Source: Lachnospiraceae bacterium
Lineage (GTDB): Bacteria; Bacillota; Clostridia; Lachnospirales; Lachnospiraceae
Length of the DNA: 64,000 bases
Assembly: GCA_036656615.1 (NCBI GenBank)
Contig: JAVXHY010000010.1
Coordinates: 8,089-72,088, forward strand
Direction: 5' to 3'
Part shown: in pieces, positions 8,940-19,411 of the stretch
How positions within the stretch are numbered: position 1 is the first letter of the stretch
How the letters are laid out: every line of letters starts with the position of its first letter
The notes under the pieces: generated by a model
Seen by the model: only the letters and a program-made list of their open reading frames with translations
Database searches by the model: none
What the model was told of the DNA's origin: nothing
Position numbers and translations under genes: made by a program

Positions 8940-10733
8940 ATGAGTGTAGCAGAAAGAATTGCACAACTTAGAGTACTCATGAAAGAGAAGAAAATGGATG
9001 CTTACATGGTACCTTCCGCTGACAATCATCAGAGTGAATACGTCGGAGACTATTTTAAAGCAAGAGCTTATATTTCCGGGTTTACCGGTTCTGCCGGTAC
9101 AGTTGTAATCATGAATGATGATGCCGGTCTATGGACAGATGGACGATATTTTATACAGGCCAAGGAGCAGCTGGCTGGCAGTGGAGTTCGTCTTTTCGAA
9201 ATTGGCGAACCAGGTGTTCCAACGCCAGAAGAATACCTGGCATCTACACTTCCAGAACATGGAAGATTGGGTTTTGATGGCAGAGTCATTGCTGTTGGTG
9301 AAGGACAGGCTTTGGAGCAGGTGGTGCATGCAAAGAATGGAACCATTGATTACGAATGTGATTTGATTGGGGACATTTGGAGTGACAGACCAGCTTTATC
9401 TTTGAAACCGGCATTTTTCTTAGCAGAAAAATATTCCGGTGAAAGTGCCGCGTCTAAGCTATCCAGGGTGCGAAATAAGATGAAGGAATTGGGTGCCACG
9501 GTTCATATTATCACTACATTAGATGATATTGCTTGGCTTCTGAATATCCGTGGGGATGATGTATCCTATTCACCATTGGTATTATCTTATGCTGTTGTTA
9601 CCTTAGATCAAGTGATTTTGTTTATGGATGAACATAAGCTAAATGACGAAATTAAGGCGGAATTTGAAAAAGTGAATGTTGTTGTAAACCCATACAATGA
9701 TATTTATGACTTCGTGAAGACATTTCATTTAGACGAAACTATTTTAATTGATCCTAGAAAGTTGAATTATGCTATATATAACAATATCCCTAAAGATATA
9801 GCAACAGTAGAAGCTCCTAATCCTACTATTCTTTTTAAGGCAGTTAAAAACACAGTGGAGATTGAAAATTTCAAGAAAAGCCATGTCAAAGATGGTATTG
9901 CCTTCACACGATTTATGTACTGGTTGAAGAACAATGTAGGTAAGATGGACATTACTGAAATCAGTGCATCGGATAAGCTGGAAGAATTCAGAGCACAGCA
10001 GGAAGGCTTTTTATGGCCGAGCTTCGCTCCTATCTCCGCTTATAAGGAACATGCAGCAATGATGCATTATGGTGCAACCAAAGAATCGGATGTCCCATTG
10101 CTTGCAGAACATCTTTACCTTTCTGATACAGGTGGAAACTATTATGAAGGAACAACTGATATTACGAGAACAATTGCGCTTGGAGAAATCAGCCCGGAAT
10201 TAAAGCTACACTTTACAGCAGTAACAAGGGGGATGATTAATTTATCAATGGCTAAGTTTTTGCAAGGTGCTATCGGATACAATCTAGATATTCTTGCAAG
10301 AAGACCTATGTGGGATTTGGGCATTGATTACAAATGTGGTACAGGTCACGGAGTTGGGTATCTTCTCAATATTCACGAAGCGCCTACTGGTTTCAGGTGG
10401 CAGATTAATCCCCTTCGGGATGAAACGCATCCATTTGAGCCTGGAATGATTATCACAAACGAACCTGGCATTTATATTGAAGGTTCACATGGTATCCGTA
10501 TTGAAAATGAATTGATTACCAAGTTATCAGAAAAGACTCAATTTGGTCAGTTTATGGAATTCGAGCCATGTACATTTGTTCCCATTGATTTGGATGCAAT
10601 TGACCCAAGTCTAATGAACAACGAAGAGCGTAATTATTTAAATAATTACCACAAAATGGTATTCCAGACCATCGCACCTCATCTTTCGGATGAAGAACGT
10701 AGTTGGTTAAAAGAATACACAAGAGAAATCTAA
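8940..10733 (+). CDS. Xaa-Pro aminopeptidase (aminopeptidase P, M24B)
   Basis: Long-form APP: PSADNHQSEY, GFTGSAG, LWTDGRYFIQA, DTGGNYYEGTTDITRT, GTGHGVG..LNIHEAP, TNEPGIY, GIRIEN. GGAGG RBS. Confidence 0.93.
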   Translation: MSVAERIAQLRVLMKEKKMDAYMVPSADNHQSEYVGDYFKARAYISGFTGSAGTVVIMNDDAGLWTDGRYFIQAKEQLAGSGVRLFEIGEPGVPTPEEYLASTLPEHGRLGFDGRVIAVGEGQALEQVVHAKNGTIDYECDLIGDIWSDRPALSLKPAFFLAEKYSGESAASKLSRVRNKMKELGATVHIITTLDDIAWLLNIRGDDVSYSPLVLSYAVVTLDQVILFMDEHKLNDEIKAEFEKVNVVVNPYNDIYDFVKTFHLDETILIDPRKLNYAIYNNIPKDIATVEAPNPTILFKAVKNTVEIENFKKSHVKDGIAFTRFMYWLKNNVGKMDITEISASDKLEEFRAQQEGFLWPSFAPISAYKEHAAMMHYGATKESDVPLLAEHLYLSDTGGNYYEGTTDITRTIALGEISPELKLHFTAVTRGMINLSMAKFLQGAIGYNLDILARRPMWDLGIDYKCGTGHGVGYLLNIHEAPTGFRWQINPLRDETHPFEPGMIITNEPGIYIEGSHGIRIENELITKLSEKTQFGQFMEFEPCTFVPIDLDAIDPSLMNNEERNYLNNYHKMVFQTIAPHLSDEERSWLKEYTREI

Positions 10734-10761
10734 AAAAAAGTTATTGGAGGATTTTGGAATT

Positions 10762-12096
10762 ATGGGAGAAACAGCAGTAAAAAACAAAAAACCTTTTGGT
10801 TATTATGTTTGTTCATTATCATTTACAATTGAACGTATGGCATTCTATTCAGCAAAATGGTTGATCGCAATGTTTGTAGTAGCAACAGTAGCAAAAGGTG
10901 GTATCGGACTAACACCTGCAGATGGTGCTAAAATGACCGCTAACTTAGTAGCATTTACATATTTGGCTCCATTGATCGGTGGTTATTTATCTGACCATTT
11001 TATCGGCGCTAGATATTGTGTTCCAGTTGGTATGATTTTAATGGGACTTGGTTATCTTTGTGGATGGCAGGCACAGTCTGCTGCTATGGTTAATATTATG
11101 ATTATTCTTGTATCAGTTGGTACTGGTTTATTCAAAGGAAATAACTCAGCAATCACAGGTAGACTTTTTGACGATCCTGACCAATTAGATGGTGCTTTTT
11201 CATTACAGTATTCATTTGTTAACATTGGTTCTTTTATTGGTACAACTGCAGTTGGTTTTATCGCAGTTGCTGCTGGTTACAGATTCTGTTTCTTGCTTTG
11301 TGGAATCTTAATGTTTATTGATGCTGTATGGTTTTTCTTTGGATCACGTTTCTTAGGTGAAGCAGGTAAAAAACCTTTTAAATTTGACAAGGCTTCTGAA
11401 CATGCACATAAAGAAACAATTGAAAACAAACCACTTACAACTATTGAAAAGAAAAGAGTTGCTGCTATTGTTTTAGTATCTTTATTCTCAGTTATTTTCT
11501 GGATATTCTGGTACTTAGCATATATGCCAGTATATTACTACTGGGGTGGCGACAAAGGACTTGCAAACTGGATGATCGGAAGCTTCGAAATTCCTACTGC
11601 ATGGTTTGATTCCTTGAATGCATTCTGCTGTATTACATTAGGACCAGTTCTTGGTGCAGTATGGTTTAAACTTTCAAAGAGACCACAGGGCGATTTAAGT
11701 ATGTTTAAGAAAACTGCTCTTGGTTTAGTATTACTTGGCGTTTCTTATGTAGTATTTGCTTTGGCTGATGTTACAAGAGGCGGCGGACAGGCTAGTATTT
11801 TATGGATCTTAGCTTTTGGTATCTTATTGTCTTTAGGTGAAATGGTATTCTCTCCACTTGGAAACTCTTTTATCTCAAAATTTGCACCAGCTAAATTATT
11901 ATCAGTTATGATGGGTGTATGGATCTTCTCTATCTTCATCTCTGGTAAATGTTATGGTTACTTATATGAATTTACATTGAAATTTGATTTCTCAACTGTA
12001 TACTTCATTATTGCAGCAATTGCAATTATAAGTGGTGTCATCCTTGCTATCATGGATAAACGTTTAAATCGTTTAGTTGTTGAAGACGAAAAATAA
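10762..12096 (+). CDS. POT/PTR-family proton-dependent oligopeptide MFS transporter
   Basis: About 12 hydrophobic segments; IERMAFY, GGYLSDHFIG, GTGLFKGN, SFVNIGSFIG, FDSLNA, GEMVFSP. Start set at ATG 10762 after GGAGG (track uses TTG 10744). Confidence 0.9.
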   Translation: MGETAVKNKKPFGYYVCSLSFTIERMAFYSAKWLIAMFVVATVAKGGIGLTPADGAKMTANLVAFTYLAPLIGGYLSDHFIGARYCVPVGMILMGLGYLCGWQAQSAAMVNIMIILVSVGTGLFKGNNSAITGRLFDDPDQLDGAFSLQYSFVNIGSFIGTTAVGFIAVAAGYRFCFLLCGILMFIDAVWFFFGSRFLGEAGKKPFKFDKASEHAHKETIENKPLTTIEKKRVAAIVLVSLFSVIFWIFWYLAYMPVYYYWGGDKGLANWMIGSFEIPTAWFDSLNAFCCITLGPVLGAVWFKLSKRPQGDLSMFKKTALGLVLLGVSYVVFALADVTRGGGQASILWILAFGILLSLGEMVFSPLGNSFISKFAPAKLLSVMMGVWIFSIFISGKCYGYLYEFTLKFDFSTVYFIIAAIAIISGVILAIMDKRLNRLVVEDEK

Positions 12097-12110
12097 TAAT
12101 TTATAAAAAT

Positions 12111-12157
12111 AAAAATCAGCCACTTTCAAGTGTTATTGCTTGAAGTGGCTGATTTTT
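12111..12157. terminator. Bidirectional intrinsic terminator between the convergent POT and leuA genes
   Basis: AAAAATCAGCCACTTTCAAG-loop-CTTGAAGTGGCTGATTTTT, with A/T tracts on both sides. Confidence 0.85.
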
Positions 12158-12159
12158 AT

Positions 12160-13821
12160 TTAATTTATTTCTGGAATCTTATTAACTGCTACTACTAATG
12201 CTTCTATGGATGCTTTGATAATATCTGGATCAATTCCGACTCCCCAGTAAATTATATCGTGGGATTTGATTCCTACAAAGGCAACTGCTTTCGCAGAAGA
12301 ACCACTTGCTTGAGAATGTTCTTCATATGCCATTAATTCATATTCAATCCCAAAATATTGTTGGATGGCATTACTAACTGCATCCAGGCGTCCGGTTCCA
12401 TGTCCGATAATTTCATCATTTTTCCCACAATGATGAATGGTAGTATTGGTGGTAATGCCATCTTCCTGATGAAAATGACAAGCTTCAATTTGGAAAATAT
12501 TCTTTACGGATAGATAATGCTCTTCAAATATTTGATATACATGTTCCGGAGTCAATTCCTTATGTGCTTTATCGGAAATATCTTTGACCACATATCCGAC
12601 TTCTTCTCTCATTTGCTCAGGCAGGCTAATGCCAAAGTTTTGTTTGAGAATGTAATTTACACCACCCTTACCAGACTGGCTGTTAATACGTATGACATCG
12701 GAAGCATAAGTTTTCCCTACATCTTTTGGATCAATAGGCAGATAAGGTACTGTCCAGGTATCCAATTGTTTTTCTTCCCGCCAAGCCATTCCTTTGGCAA
12801 TGGCATCTTGATGGGATCCGGAAAAAGCAGTAAAAACTAAATCACCAGCATAGGGCTGCCTGTCATAGACTTTCATTCGGGTCAAAGATTCATAGGTGTC
12901 ACAGATTGCCTGAATATTAGAAAAATCAAGTCCAGGATCGACTCCATGAGAATACATATTCATAGCAACGGTAATCAAATCAACATTTCCAGTACGTTCT
13001 CCGTTACCAAATAAGGTTCCTTCGATTCGGTCTGCTCCAGCAAGCACACCTAATTCTGCATCGCATACCCCACATCCTCTGTCGTTGTGTGGATGCAAAC
13101 AAAGAATCACTTCATTTCGATAATTAAGATGCTTGTGAATATATTCCACTTGACTGGCAAATACATGAGGCATGGCATTTTCGACTGTGGTTGGAATATT
13201 AATAATTGCTTTTCGATCTGTGGTGGGTTTCCAGACATCTAACACTGCATTGCACACTTCTAGTGCATAATCAACTTCTGTTCCCGGAAAACTTTCCGGA
13301 CTATATTGAAAGGTGAAATTACCATCGGTTTCTTCCGCCAATTCTTTTAGAAGCTTTGCTCCTTCTATGGCAATTTCTTTGATGCTGGATTGTGATTTTT
13401 TAAATACTTGTTCTCTTTGTGCTACAGACGTAGAATTATATAAATGTACAATGGCATGTGGAGCACCTTCTACTGCGTCAAAGGTTCGTTTGATAATATG
13501 TTCCCTGGCCTGTGTCAACACTTGAATGGTCACATCCTCCGGAATCATCCCGTCTTCTATGATTCTTCTGATAAACTGATATTCTGTCTCAGATGCTGCA
13601 GGGAATCCTACTTCAATCTCCTTGAAACCAACCGATACAAGTAATTGGAAAAATTTTACCTTTTCATCAATACTCATTGGTTCAATGAGAGCCTGATTGC
13701 CATCCCGCAAATCTACACTGCACCATATGGGTGCTTTACTAATATAATCTGCCTTGACCCAGTCATAAGTGACTTTGGGAGGCATAAAATAACTTCGTTG
13801 ATATTTCTGGACATTTTTCAT
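12160..13821 (-). CDS. leuA: 2-isopropylmalate synthase (yeast/actinobacterial-type LeuA)
   Basis: [70 protein letters not shown]. Confidence 0.93.
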   Translation of the reverse strand: MKNVQKYQRSYFMPPKVTYDWVKADYISKAPIWCSVDLRDGNQALIEPMSIDEKVKFFQLLVSVGFKEIEVGFPAASETEYQFIRRIIEDGMIPEDVTIQVLTQAREHIIKRTFDAVEGAPHAIVHLYNSTSVAQREQVFKKSQSSIKEIAIEGAKLLKELAEETDGNFTFQYSPESFPGTEVDYALEVCNAVLDVWKPTTDRKAIINIPTTVENAMPHVFASQVEYIHKHLNYRNEVILCLHPHNDRGCGVCDAELGVLAGADRIEGTLFGNGERTGNVDLITVAMNMYSHGVDPGLDFSNIQAICDTYESLTRMKVYDRQPYAGDLVFTAFSGSHQDAIAKGMAWREEKQLDTWTVPYLPIDPKDVGKTYASDVIRINSQSGKGGVNYILKQNFGISLPEQMREEVGYVVKDISDKAHKELTPEHVYQIFEEHYLSVKNIFQIEACHFHQEDGITTNTTIHHCGKNDEIIGHGTGRLDAVSNAIQQYFGIEYELMAYEEHSQASGSSAKAVAFVGIKSHDIIYWGVGIDPDIIKASIEALVVAVNKIPEIN

Positions 13822-13912
13822 ACTTCACTCCTCTTTCGCGTTTGATTTTACTTTTAACATATGATACCACATCTATTTCAAGATAGAAAGTAAAAACGTA
13901 TACTTTAGCAAG

Positions 13913-15106
13913 TTAATTCTGCATTTCATACAATTGAAAGACTTTTTGAAAACACCAAGTAAAATTAATTTGCTCAATCGTATCTAAAGCAATCAGACTT
14001 TCAGAGTGCCATTCATTTTTATTTAGCAGATATTTGATTTGTCCTATTTTTTCTCCTTTTTGTATGGGAGCTTTTATGGCTTTTGGATATTTATATTGTA
14101 GCTCTATTTGATCATTCTTAGAAAGCAGCATAGTTTTATCTTCCTTTTGAATTCCTATTTTAAGCAAAGCAGATTCACCTAATTGAGAAGTTTGGCCATT
14201 TAATACTAAAATAGGATTAAGATCATTTGTTTTTTTGGAAAAATCGGTGATATTTTTCAACTCATAATGCGCTATTCCATATTCCATAAGAGTTTTTGTA
14301 TCCATCCACTTGTTATTTTTTTGATTGGGCCATCCACAGGCTAATAAAGACACAATAAAGGTCTTCCCATCACGCTCTAAAGCTCCTACATAGCAATATC
14401 CTGCTTCCCCGGTAAATCCGGTTTTTCCAGTCATGGCACCATCCATCATTTGTAAAAATGCATTATGGTTATTACATAGATAAGACGAAGTCTTGGAACA
14501 ATCTACAAAACTATGGACAGGTGTCTGTGTGATTTCAAGAAATTCCATACGTTTTGGTGAATGCTGGATACAATATCTCATGATAAGAGCTAAGTCTGCC
14601 GCCGTTGTACCATGACTGTCTGTTTCGTTAGAAGCATCTAGTCCATTTGGTGTAATGAAATAAGTGTTTTTGCATCCTATAGATTGTGCTTTCTGGTTCA
14701 TAAGCTTGGCAAATCCTTCCACAGTTCCACCTATATGTTCTGCAATTGCTACTGCAGTATCATTATGAGATTCCAGCATTAGAGAATAAAGCAGATCCTT
14801 CATATAAAACTGCTCCTGCACCTTCATACCCAAATGTACTTTAGGCTGTATAACAGCTTCTTTACTTACCGTTACAATGTCGGTAGGTTTACTTTGTTCC
14901 AATGCAAGAATACAAGTCATAATCTTGGTCGTACTTGCCATTGCTTTTTTTTCATATCCATTTTTTTCAACTAAAATACGCCCACTGTCAGCATCCATAA
15001 GAACGGCTGATTGGGCGTATAGTTCGTTGATTTCCTCTTGTGCATACAAAGTCTGGGTAAGGAGTAATAAGAGCAAGAAGCATAGTAGAATTCGTTTCAA
15101 TGGCAC
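13913..15106 (-). CDS. D-alanyl-D-alanine carboxypeptidase (S11, DacB-like)
   Basis: Signal peptide; SxxK (STTK), SHN and KTG motifs. Confidence 0.9.
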   Translation of the reverse strand: MPLKRILLCFLLLLLLTQTLYAQEEINELYAQSAVLMDADSGRILVEKNGYEKKAMASTTKIMTCILALEQSKPTDIVTVSKEAVIQPKVHLGMKVQEQFYMKDLLYSLMLESHNDTAVAIAEHIGGTVEGFAKLMNQKAQSIGCKNTYFITPNGLDASNETDSHGTTAADLALIMRYCIQHSPKRMEFLEITQTPVHSFVDCSKTSSYLCNNHNAFLQMMDGAMTGKTGFTGEAGYCYVGALERDGKTFIVSLLACGWPNQKNNKWMDTKTLMEYGIAHYELKNITDFSKKTNDLNPILVLNGQTSQLGESALLKIGIQKEDKTMLLSKNDQIELQYKYPKAIKAPIQKGEKIGQIKYLLNKNEWHSESLIALDTIEQINFTWCFQKVFQLYEMQN

Positions 15107-15191
15107 ATACCTGCACAGCGTATTAGTTATTACTATTCATATGCATAATTTTTGACACACATTACTAATACTCATATGAAAATATAAGAAA

Positions 15192-15761
15192 TTAGATGTC
15201 CAGAGTTAACTGAACCTCATCTTCTGCTTCTGTTTTGAAATCTTCTAATTTAGTTGGATTTAAAATAGGAAGATCATCAATAGATGAAACTCGAAATCTG
15301 CGAAGAAATTCTTCTGTAGTTCCAAAGACCAGTGGTCTTCCAGGAGCATTGAGTCTTCCTACTTCATGCACTAAATTATATTCTATTAATTTGTTCATAG
15401 CATGATCCGCTTTTACACCACGAATTTTTTCTATTTCCAGTTTTGTGATAGGCTGCTTGTAGGCAATAATAGATAAGGTTTCCAATAATACATCTGTGAG
15501 AACCTGTTTCTTTGGCTGCTTTGCAATACGTATTAAATATTCATATAAGTCCACCTTAGTACACATTTGAAAGGCATCTCCAAGTTCAATAATGTGTACA
15601 CCTCTGTTTTCACTCTCATAGTGATCCATCATATTATGGATAATTTTTCTAGTGGTATTTTCATCATGTTCAATAGCAGTGGCTAATTGTGCTAATTCTA
15701 CGGATTCGCCCATAGTAAATAAAATTGCTTCTATAATTCCTTCTAGTTTACTGATTCTCAA
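15192..15761 (-). CDS. scpB: SMC-Scp complex subunit ScpB
   Basis: IEAILF, LETLSIIAYKQPIT..EIEKIRGV, PGRPLVFGTTEEFL. TTG start after GGAGG. Confidence 0.95.
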   Translation of the reverse strand: MRISKLEGIIEAILFTMGESVELAQLATAIEHDENTTRKIIHNMMDHYESENRGVHIIELGDAFQMCTKVDLYEYLIRIAKQPKKQVLTDVLLETLSIIAYKQPITKLEIEKIRGVKADHAMNKLIEYNLVHEVGRLNAPGRPLVFGTTEEFLRRFRVSSIDDLPILNPTKLEDFKTEAEDEVQLTLDI

Positions 15762-15780
15762 ACTACTTCCTCCATATTAT

Positions 15781-16524
15781 CTAGACCAATGAAGTAATAA
15801 AAATATCATCAAAGGTATGTTCTTGTTGTATGGTTATCTTTCCGACCTTCATTAATTCTAAAATTGCTAAAAATGTTACCACCATATGCATTTTTGATTT
15901 TTGATTTTCCAGTAATTCACGATAACTGAATTTATGATATTTGGATGCATAAGCCTCTACAAAACTCAATTTTTCTGCTAAAGTTACTTCTTCTTTTTCA
16001 ATTTGACCAAAGGTGCTTCTTACTGGATCTACTTTATCTTCTTTTCGTTTCATTACATCTTTAAATATATCATTTAATTGATGTAAGGTAATACCCTCTA
16101 ATAAAAGGTCTAAATCAACGGGCTTTTTGTATGTCAGCACCTCCTCTGGTATGGTAGGAGGTTTATATAACATTTGTTCCGCTTCCATTTGACGATCTCT
16201 TAGTTCATATGACATATATTTATACATTTTATATTGAAGTAATTGTTCTACTAATTCTTGTCGCGGATCTTCTTCTGCTCCATCTTCATTTTTTTCCTTT
16301 GGAAGAAGCATGCGTGATTTAATATCCAAAAGAGTTGCTGCCATTAGTAGAAATTCACTCATAACATTAATATCACTTTTTTCCATTGCATGAATATAGT
16401 CCATGTATTGTTTTGTGATTTCAACAATAGGAATATCATAGATATCAATTTTATTTTTTTCTATTAAATGCATAAGTAAATCTAATGGTCCCTCAAAAGC
16501 TTCCAGTTTTACCGGTATTCCCAT
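15781..16524 (-). CDS. scpA: Segregation and condensation protein ScpA (kleisin)
   Basis: FEGPLDLLMHLI, EFLLMAATLLDIKSRMLLP, VTFLAILEL. Confidence 0.95.
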   Translation of the reverse strand: MGIPVKLEAFEGPLDLLMHLIEKNKIDIYDIPIVEITKQYMDYIHAMEKSDINVMSEFLLMAATLLDIKSRMLLPKEKNEDGAEEDPRQELVEQLLQYKMYKYMSYELRDRQMEAEQMLYKPPTIPEEVLTYKKPVDLDLLLEGITLHQLNDIFKDVMKRKEDKVDPVRSTFGQIEKEEVTLAEKLSFVEAYASKYHKFSYRELLENQKSKMHMVVTFLAILELMKVGKITIQQEHTFDDIFITSLV

Positions 16525-16543
16525 AATTATCTTATCCTATCTA

Positions 16544-17398
16544 TTATTTTCCATTTAAATGTAACATCACTACTTCTGCTGGATTAAACAGACGAAGCTT
16601 AATGGTATGATTACCCAATCCTCTGCTTACAACCACGGTAGAATGATCTACGTTATAAATACCTCCTGAAAATCGAGGAAATAGTTTGACCTGAGGTGAC
16701 ATAATTCCACCAACAAATGGAATCCTTATAATTCCGCCATGTAAATGACCAGAAAGAACTAAATCAGCACCCCATTTTACATAGGTATCAGCATGAACTG
16801 GATTATGTGCCAAAAGTATTTGATAATAAACCATACTGGATTTTCCGATTTTTTCTTCTATTTCATTTACACTTAGTTGACAATGATTAAATGTGTCATA
16901 GTAGAATAAGGGAATCTCTAATCCGGTAATCAAAGCTAATTCACTATCCCAGTCTCGAACGTAGGATGTATTTTCTAACATAATTATTCGATTATTGGTC
17001 AATGTTTTTCTGTATTTATCATATGCAAAACCATATTCCTGTGGTTTTTCTCTCATACGCTGTTCATGATTGCCATTTGCACAATAAACAGGAGCAATCA
17101 TAGATAATTGTATCATGAATTTTTCTGCTGTAGTGTAAGGAATATCCCGTTTTCCAATCAGCATATCACCGCCGACAAGTATTAAATCAGGGGCTTCTTC
17201 CTTTATTTTTTTTATTAATTTTTCATTGCTTTTTCCATAAACGGTGTTATGCAAATCACTTAAAAACATAATATTTAAATCTGTTTTTCTCCTACTTAGT
17301 TTTGGAGATTTAATTTGATAATGTGTTACTTTAAAGGTATGTGTCTCTCTCACTATCTCTAAAAAAATTATCAAAATCAATATAAATATGATTATCAT
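16544..17398 (-). CDS. Membrane-anchored calcineurin-like metallophosphoesterase (YkuE-like)
   Basis: SDLH, GGDM, GNHE, LAHNP, SGHLHGG, VSRGLG motifs; N-terminal hydrophobic anchor. Confidence 0.88.
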   Translation of the reverse strand: MIIIFILILIIFLEIVRETHTFKVTHYQIKSPKLSRRKTDLNIMFLSDLHNTVYGKSNEKLIKKIKEEAPDLILVGGDMLIGKRDIPYTTAEKFMIQLSMIAPVYCANGNHEQRMREKPQEYGFAYDKYRKTLTNNRIIMLENTSYVRDWDSELALITGLEIPLFYYDTFNHCQLSVNEIEEKIGKSSMVYYQILLAHNPVHADTYVKWGADLVLSGHLHGGIIRIPFVGGIMSPQVKLFPRFSGGIYNVDHSTVVVSRGLGNHTIKLRLFNPAEVVMLHLNGK

Positions 17399-17459
17399 TT
17401 TATTTCCCCACTTTTATACTCTTTTGTACCTTGTTCATTATATAATTTTTCCTTGGTTT

Positions 17460-18623
17460 TTACAAGAAAAAGCTCTCTAATATCTGAAATAAGGCAGTTT
17501 TATAGTTTATTTCAGATACTGCTGTCTTGGCTAGAATTGGAATATGTCCGATAGGGGTTTTCCCAATATAATAGTGAACTTCTCCGATTTGATCTCCTTT
17601 TTTCACTGGTGCTTGTAATTCTTTCTTTAGTTTTATTTTTCGTGAAATTTGTTTCATGTCTGCTCCTGTAGTCTCAATGTATTGAAAAGGCTTAAGAAGT
17701 TCACCTGTTACCGATTTTTTGACACCATGTTTAATAGACACAGGAGACATTTTTAATTTTTGGTGATCGATATATTTGCTGCATGTTTCAAAACCATAAT
17801 TTAACAATGAGGTGGCATCAGCAAATCTTGTTTTGGGGTCTGGTGCAGCCATAATAACTGCAATCAATTCCATATCGTTTTTCTTTGCTGTAGCTGAAAT
17901 ACAAAACTTAGCATTGTTTGTAGATCCGGTCTTTAATCCAGTAGTGTATTCGTATTGACGAATTAATTTGTTTGTATTAGTTAAGCCGAATTCACTATTG
18001 CCCTTTGCTGTTGTATGAATAATATTTTCCATCCATATCGTTGAATAATCGTGTATCTGAGGATAATCAACAAGAAGTTCTCTAGACATGAGTGCAATAT
18101 CTTTGGCAGTGGTTAGGTGTTGTTTTGCATCTAACCCATTACAATTTACAAAATTTGTGTTATTCATTCCGAGTTCTTTGGCACGTAGATTCATGTTCTT
18201 GACGAATTCCTCTTCTGTTGTGGCAATGTGCTCAGCTATTGCTACACAGGCATCATTAGCAGAAGCAACGGCAATACATTTTATCATAGTATCTACATTC
18301 TGAGTTTCACCTGGTTCAAAAAAGACCTGGGAACCTCCCATAGAAGCAGCATATTCTGATACGGTAACCATGTCTTCCAATTTGATTTTATGCTCTTGTA
18401 ACGCATCAAAAATTAATAGTAGTGTCATAATCTTTGTAACGCTTGCTGGAGGAAGTTTCTCATCTGCATTTTTTTCAAAAATGATTTGTCCTGTAGAGGC
18501 TTCTACAAGTATAGAAGATGGAGAACTGATAGCTATTTCTGAGGCATCCGTATTTATCGGTTGTAAAAAGATACTTTGCAGTATAAGAACAAAAGAAAAA
18601 CATACTGACAGGATTGTTTTCAT
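17460..18623 (-). CDS. D-alanyl-D-alanine carboxypeptidase (S11, DacF-like)
   Basis: PPASVTKIMT, SANDA, GLKTGST. Start moved to ATG 18623 after AAGGAG. Confidence 0.9.
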   Translation of the reverse strand: MKTILSVCFSFVLILQSIFLQPINTDASEIAISSPSSILVEASTGQIIFEKNADEKLPPASVTKIMTLLLIFDALQEHKIKLEDMVTVSEYAASMGGSQVFFEPGETQNVDTMIKCIAVASANDACVAIAEHIATTEEEFVKNMNLRAKELGMNNTNFVNCNGLDAKQHLTTAKDIALMSRELLVDYPQIHDYSTIWMENIIHTTAKGNSEFGLTNTNKLIRQYEYTTGLKTGSTNNAKFCISATAKKNDMELIAVIMAAPDPKTRFADATSLLNYGFETCSKYIDHQKLKMSPVSIKHGVKKSVTGELLKPFQYIETTGADMKQISRKIKLKKELQAPVKKGDQIGEVHYYIGKTPIGHIPILAKTAVSEINYKTALFQILESFFL

Positions 18624-18693
18624 TGAACAACTCCTTTTTTCATCGTCTACTATTATTGTAATATCATAAGTATTAAAATATGACTTTAAAATT

Positions 18694-18722
18694 AAAAAAA
18701 CCGGCAACAAGATGCCGGTTTA
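18694..18722 (-). terminator. Intrinsic terminator overlapping the stop codon of the membrane protein gene
   Basis: Minus strand AAACCGGCA-TCTTGT-TGCCGGTTTTTTTT. Confidence 0.75.
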
Positions 18723-19310
18723 AAATCTTCCTATTTTTGCTAATATCATTTCCTTAAATTCATAAACATTGTCAGGAATACAATCCTTCTTTTCGGTGTA
18801 TAGTGAAATTAAAAAGTCAAGGGTAAATACAATTAATAAAATACTGCCAACTATCCGTCCTATTTCAATAGGTATATAGTCAACAAACATCATAATATAA
18901 TTCTGTAAAAATCCAAATAAAGCAATGGTATATATACCCCATGCGATTGAACTTTCCAAACACAGAACTCCTTTGTAATTAAAAGGTTTTTCTGTATAAT
19001 CCCACCAAATTTCTCCAAACATCCGTTTCATAATATGAGCAGTTATTAATTCTATAAAGGTCGCTAAAATAGAACCCATAAAAAATAAAATTACTACATT
19101 ATCACTATATGGTCGTAAAATAAAAAAAACGGTCAATGCACCGACTCCATAAATCGGGCAAAAGGGACCTTTTGCAAATCCTCGATTTGTTAATTTCTTA
19201 TTACAAATTGACATAAATATTGATTCAATTAACCATCCTAACATACTATAGGTTAAAAACCAAAGTATAACATGGTAAGCGTTGTAACCAAATATGATTT
19301 TTTCCCACAT
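18720..19310 (-). CDS. Putative ABC transporter permease-like membrane protein (DUF1361-type)
   Basis: FLTYSMLGWLIE, NRGFAKGPFCPIYGVG, WWDYTEKPFNYKGVLCL. Start could be 19310 or 19346. Confidence 0.75.
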   Translation of the reverse strand: MWEKIIFGYNAYHVILWFLTYSMLGWLIESIFMSICNKKLTNRGFAKGPFCPIYGVGALTVFFILRPYSDNVVILFFMGSILATFIELITAHIMKRMFGEIWWDYTEKPFNYKGVLCLESSIAWGIYTIALFGFLQNYIMMFVDYIPIEIGRIVGSILLIVFTLDFLISLYTEKKDCIPDNVYEFKEMILAKIGRF

Positions 19311-19369
19311 AAATTCAACCCTTTTCTTAGAACTTTTTAAATACACATTAAGCCTTTTGAATAAAACGT

Positions 19370-19400
19370 AAAAAGGGAGTGTGTTTGGACACCCCCTTTA
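19370..19400 (-). terminator. Probable rpsU terminator
   Basis: Minus strand AAAGGGGGTGT-CCAAAC-ACACTCCCTTTT, an imperfect GC stem followed by T's. Confidence 0.55.
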
Positions 19401-19411
19401 TTCTGCACATA

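Noticed and set aside
10731-10740. A-homopolymer between pepP and POT as a phase-variation tract
   Set aside because: It is short, begins in the stop codon, is intergenic and does not lie between promoter elements.
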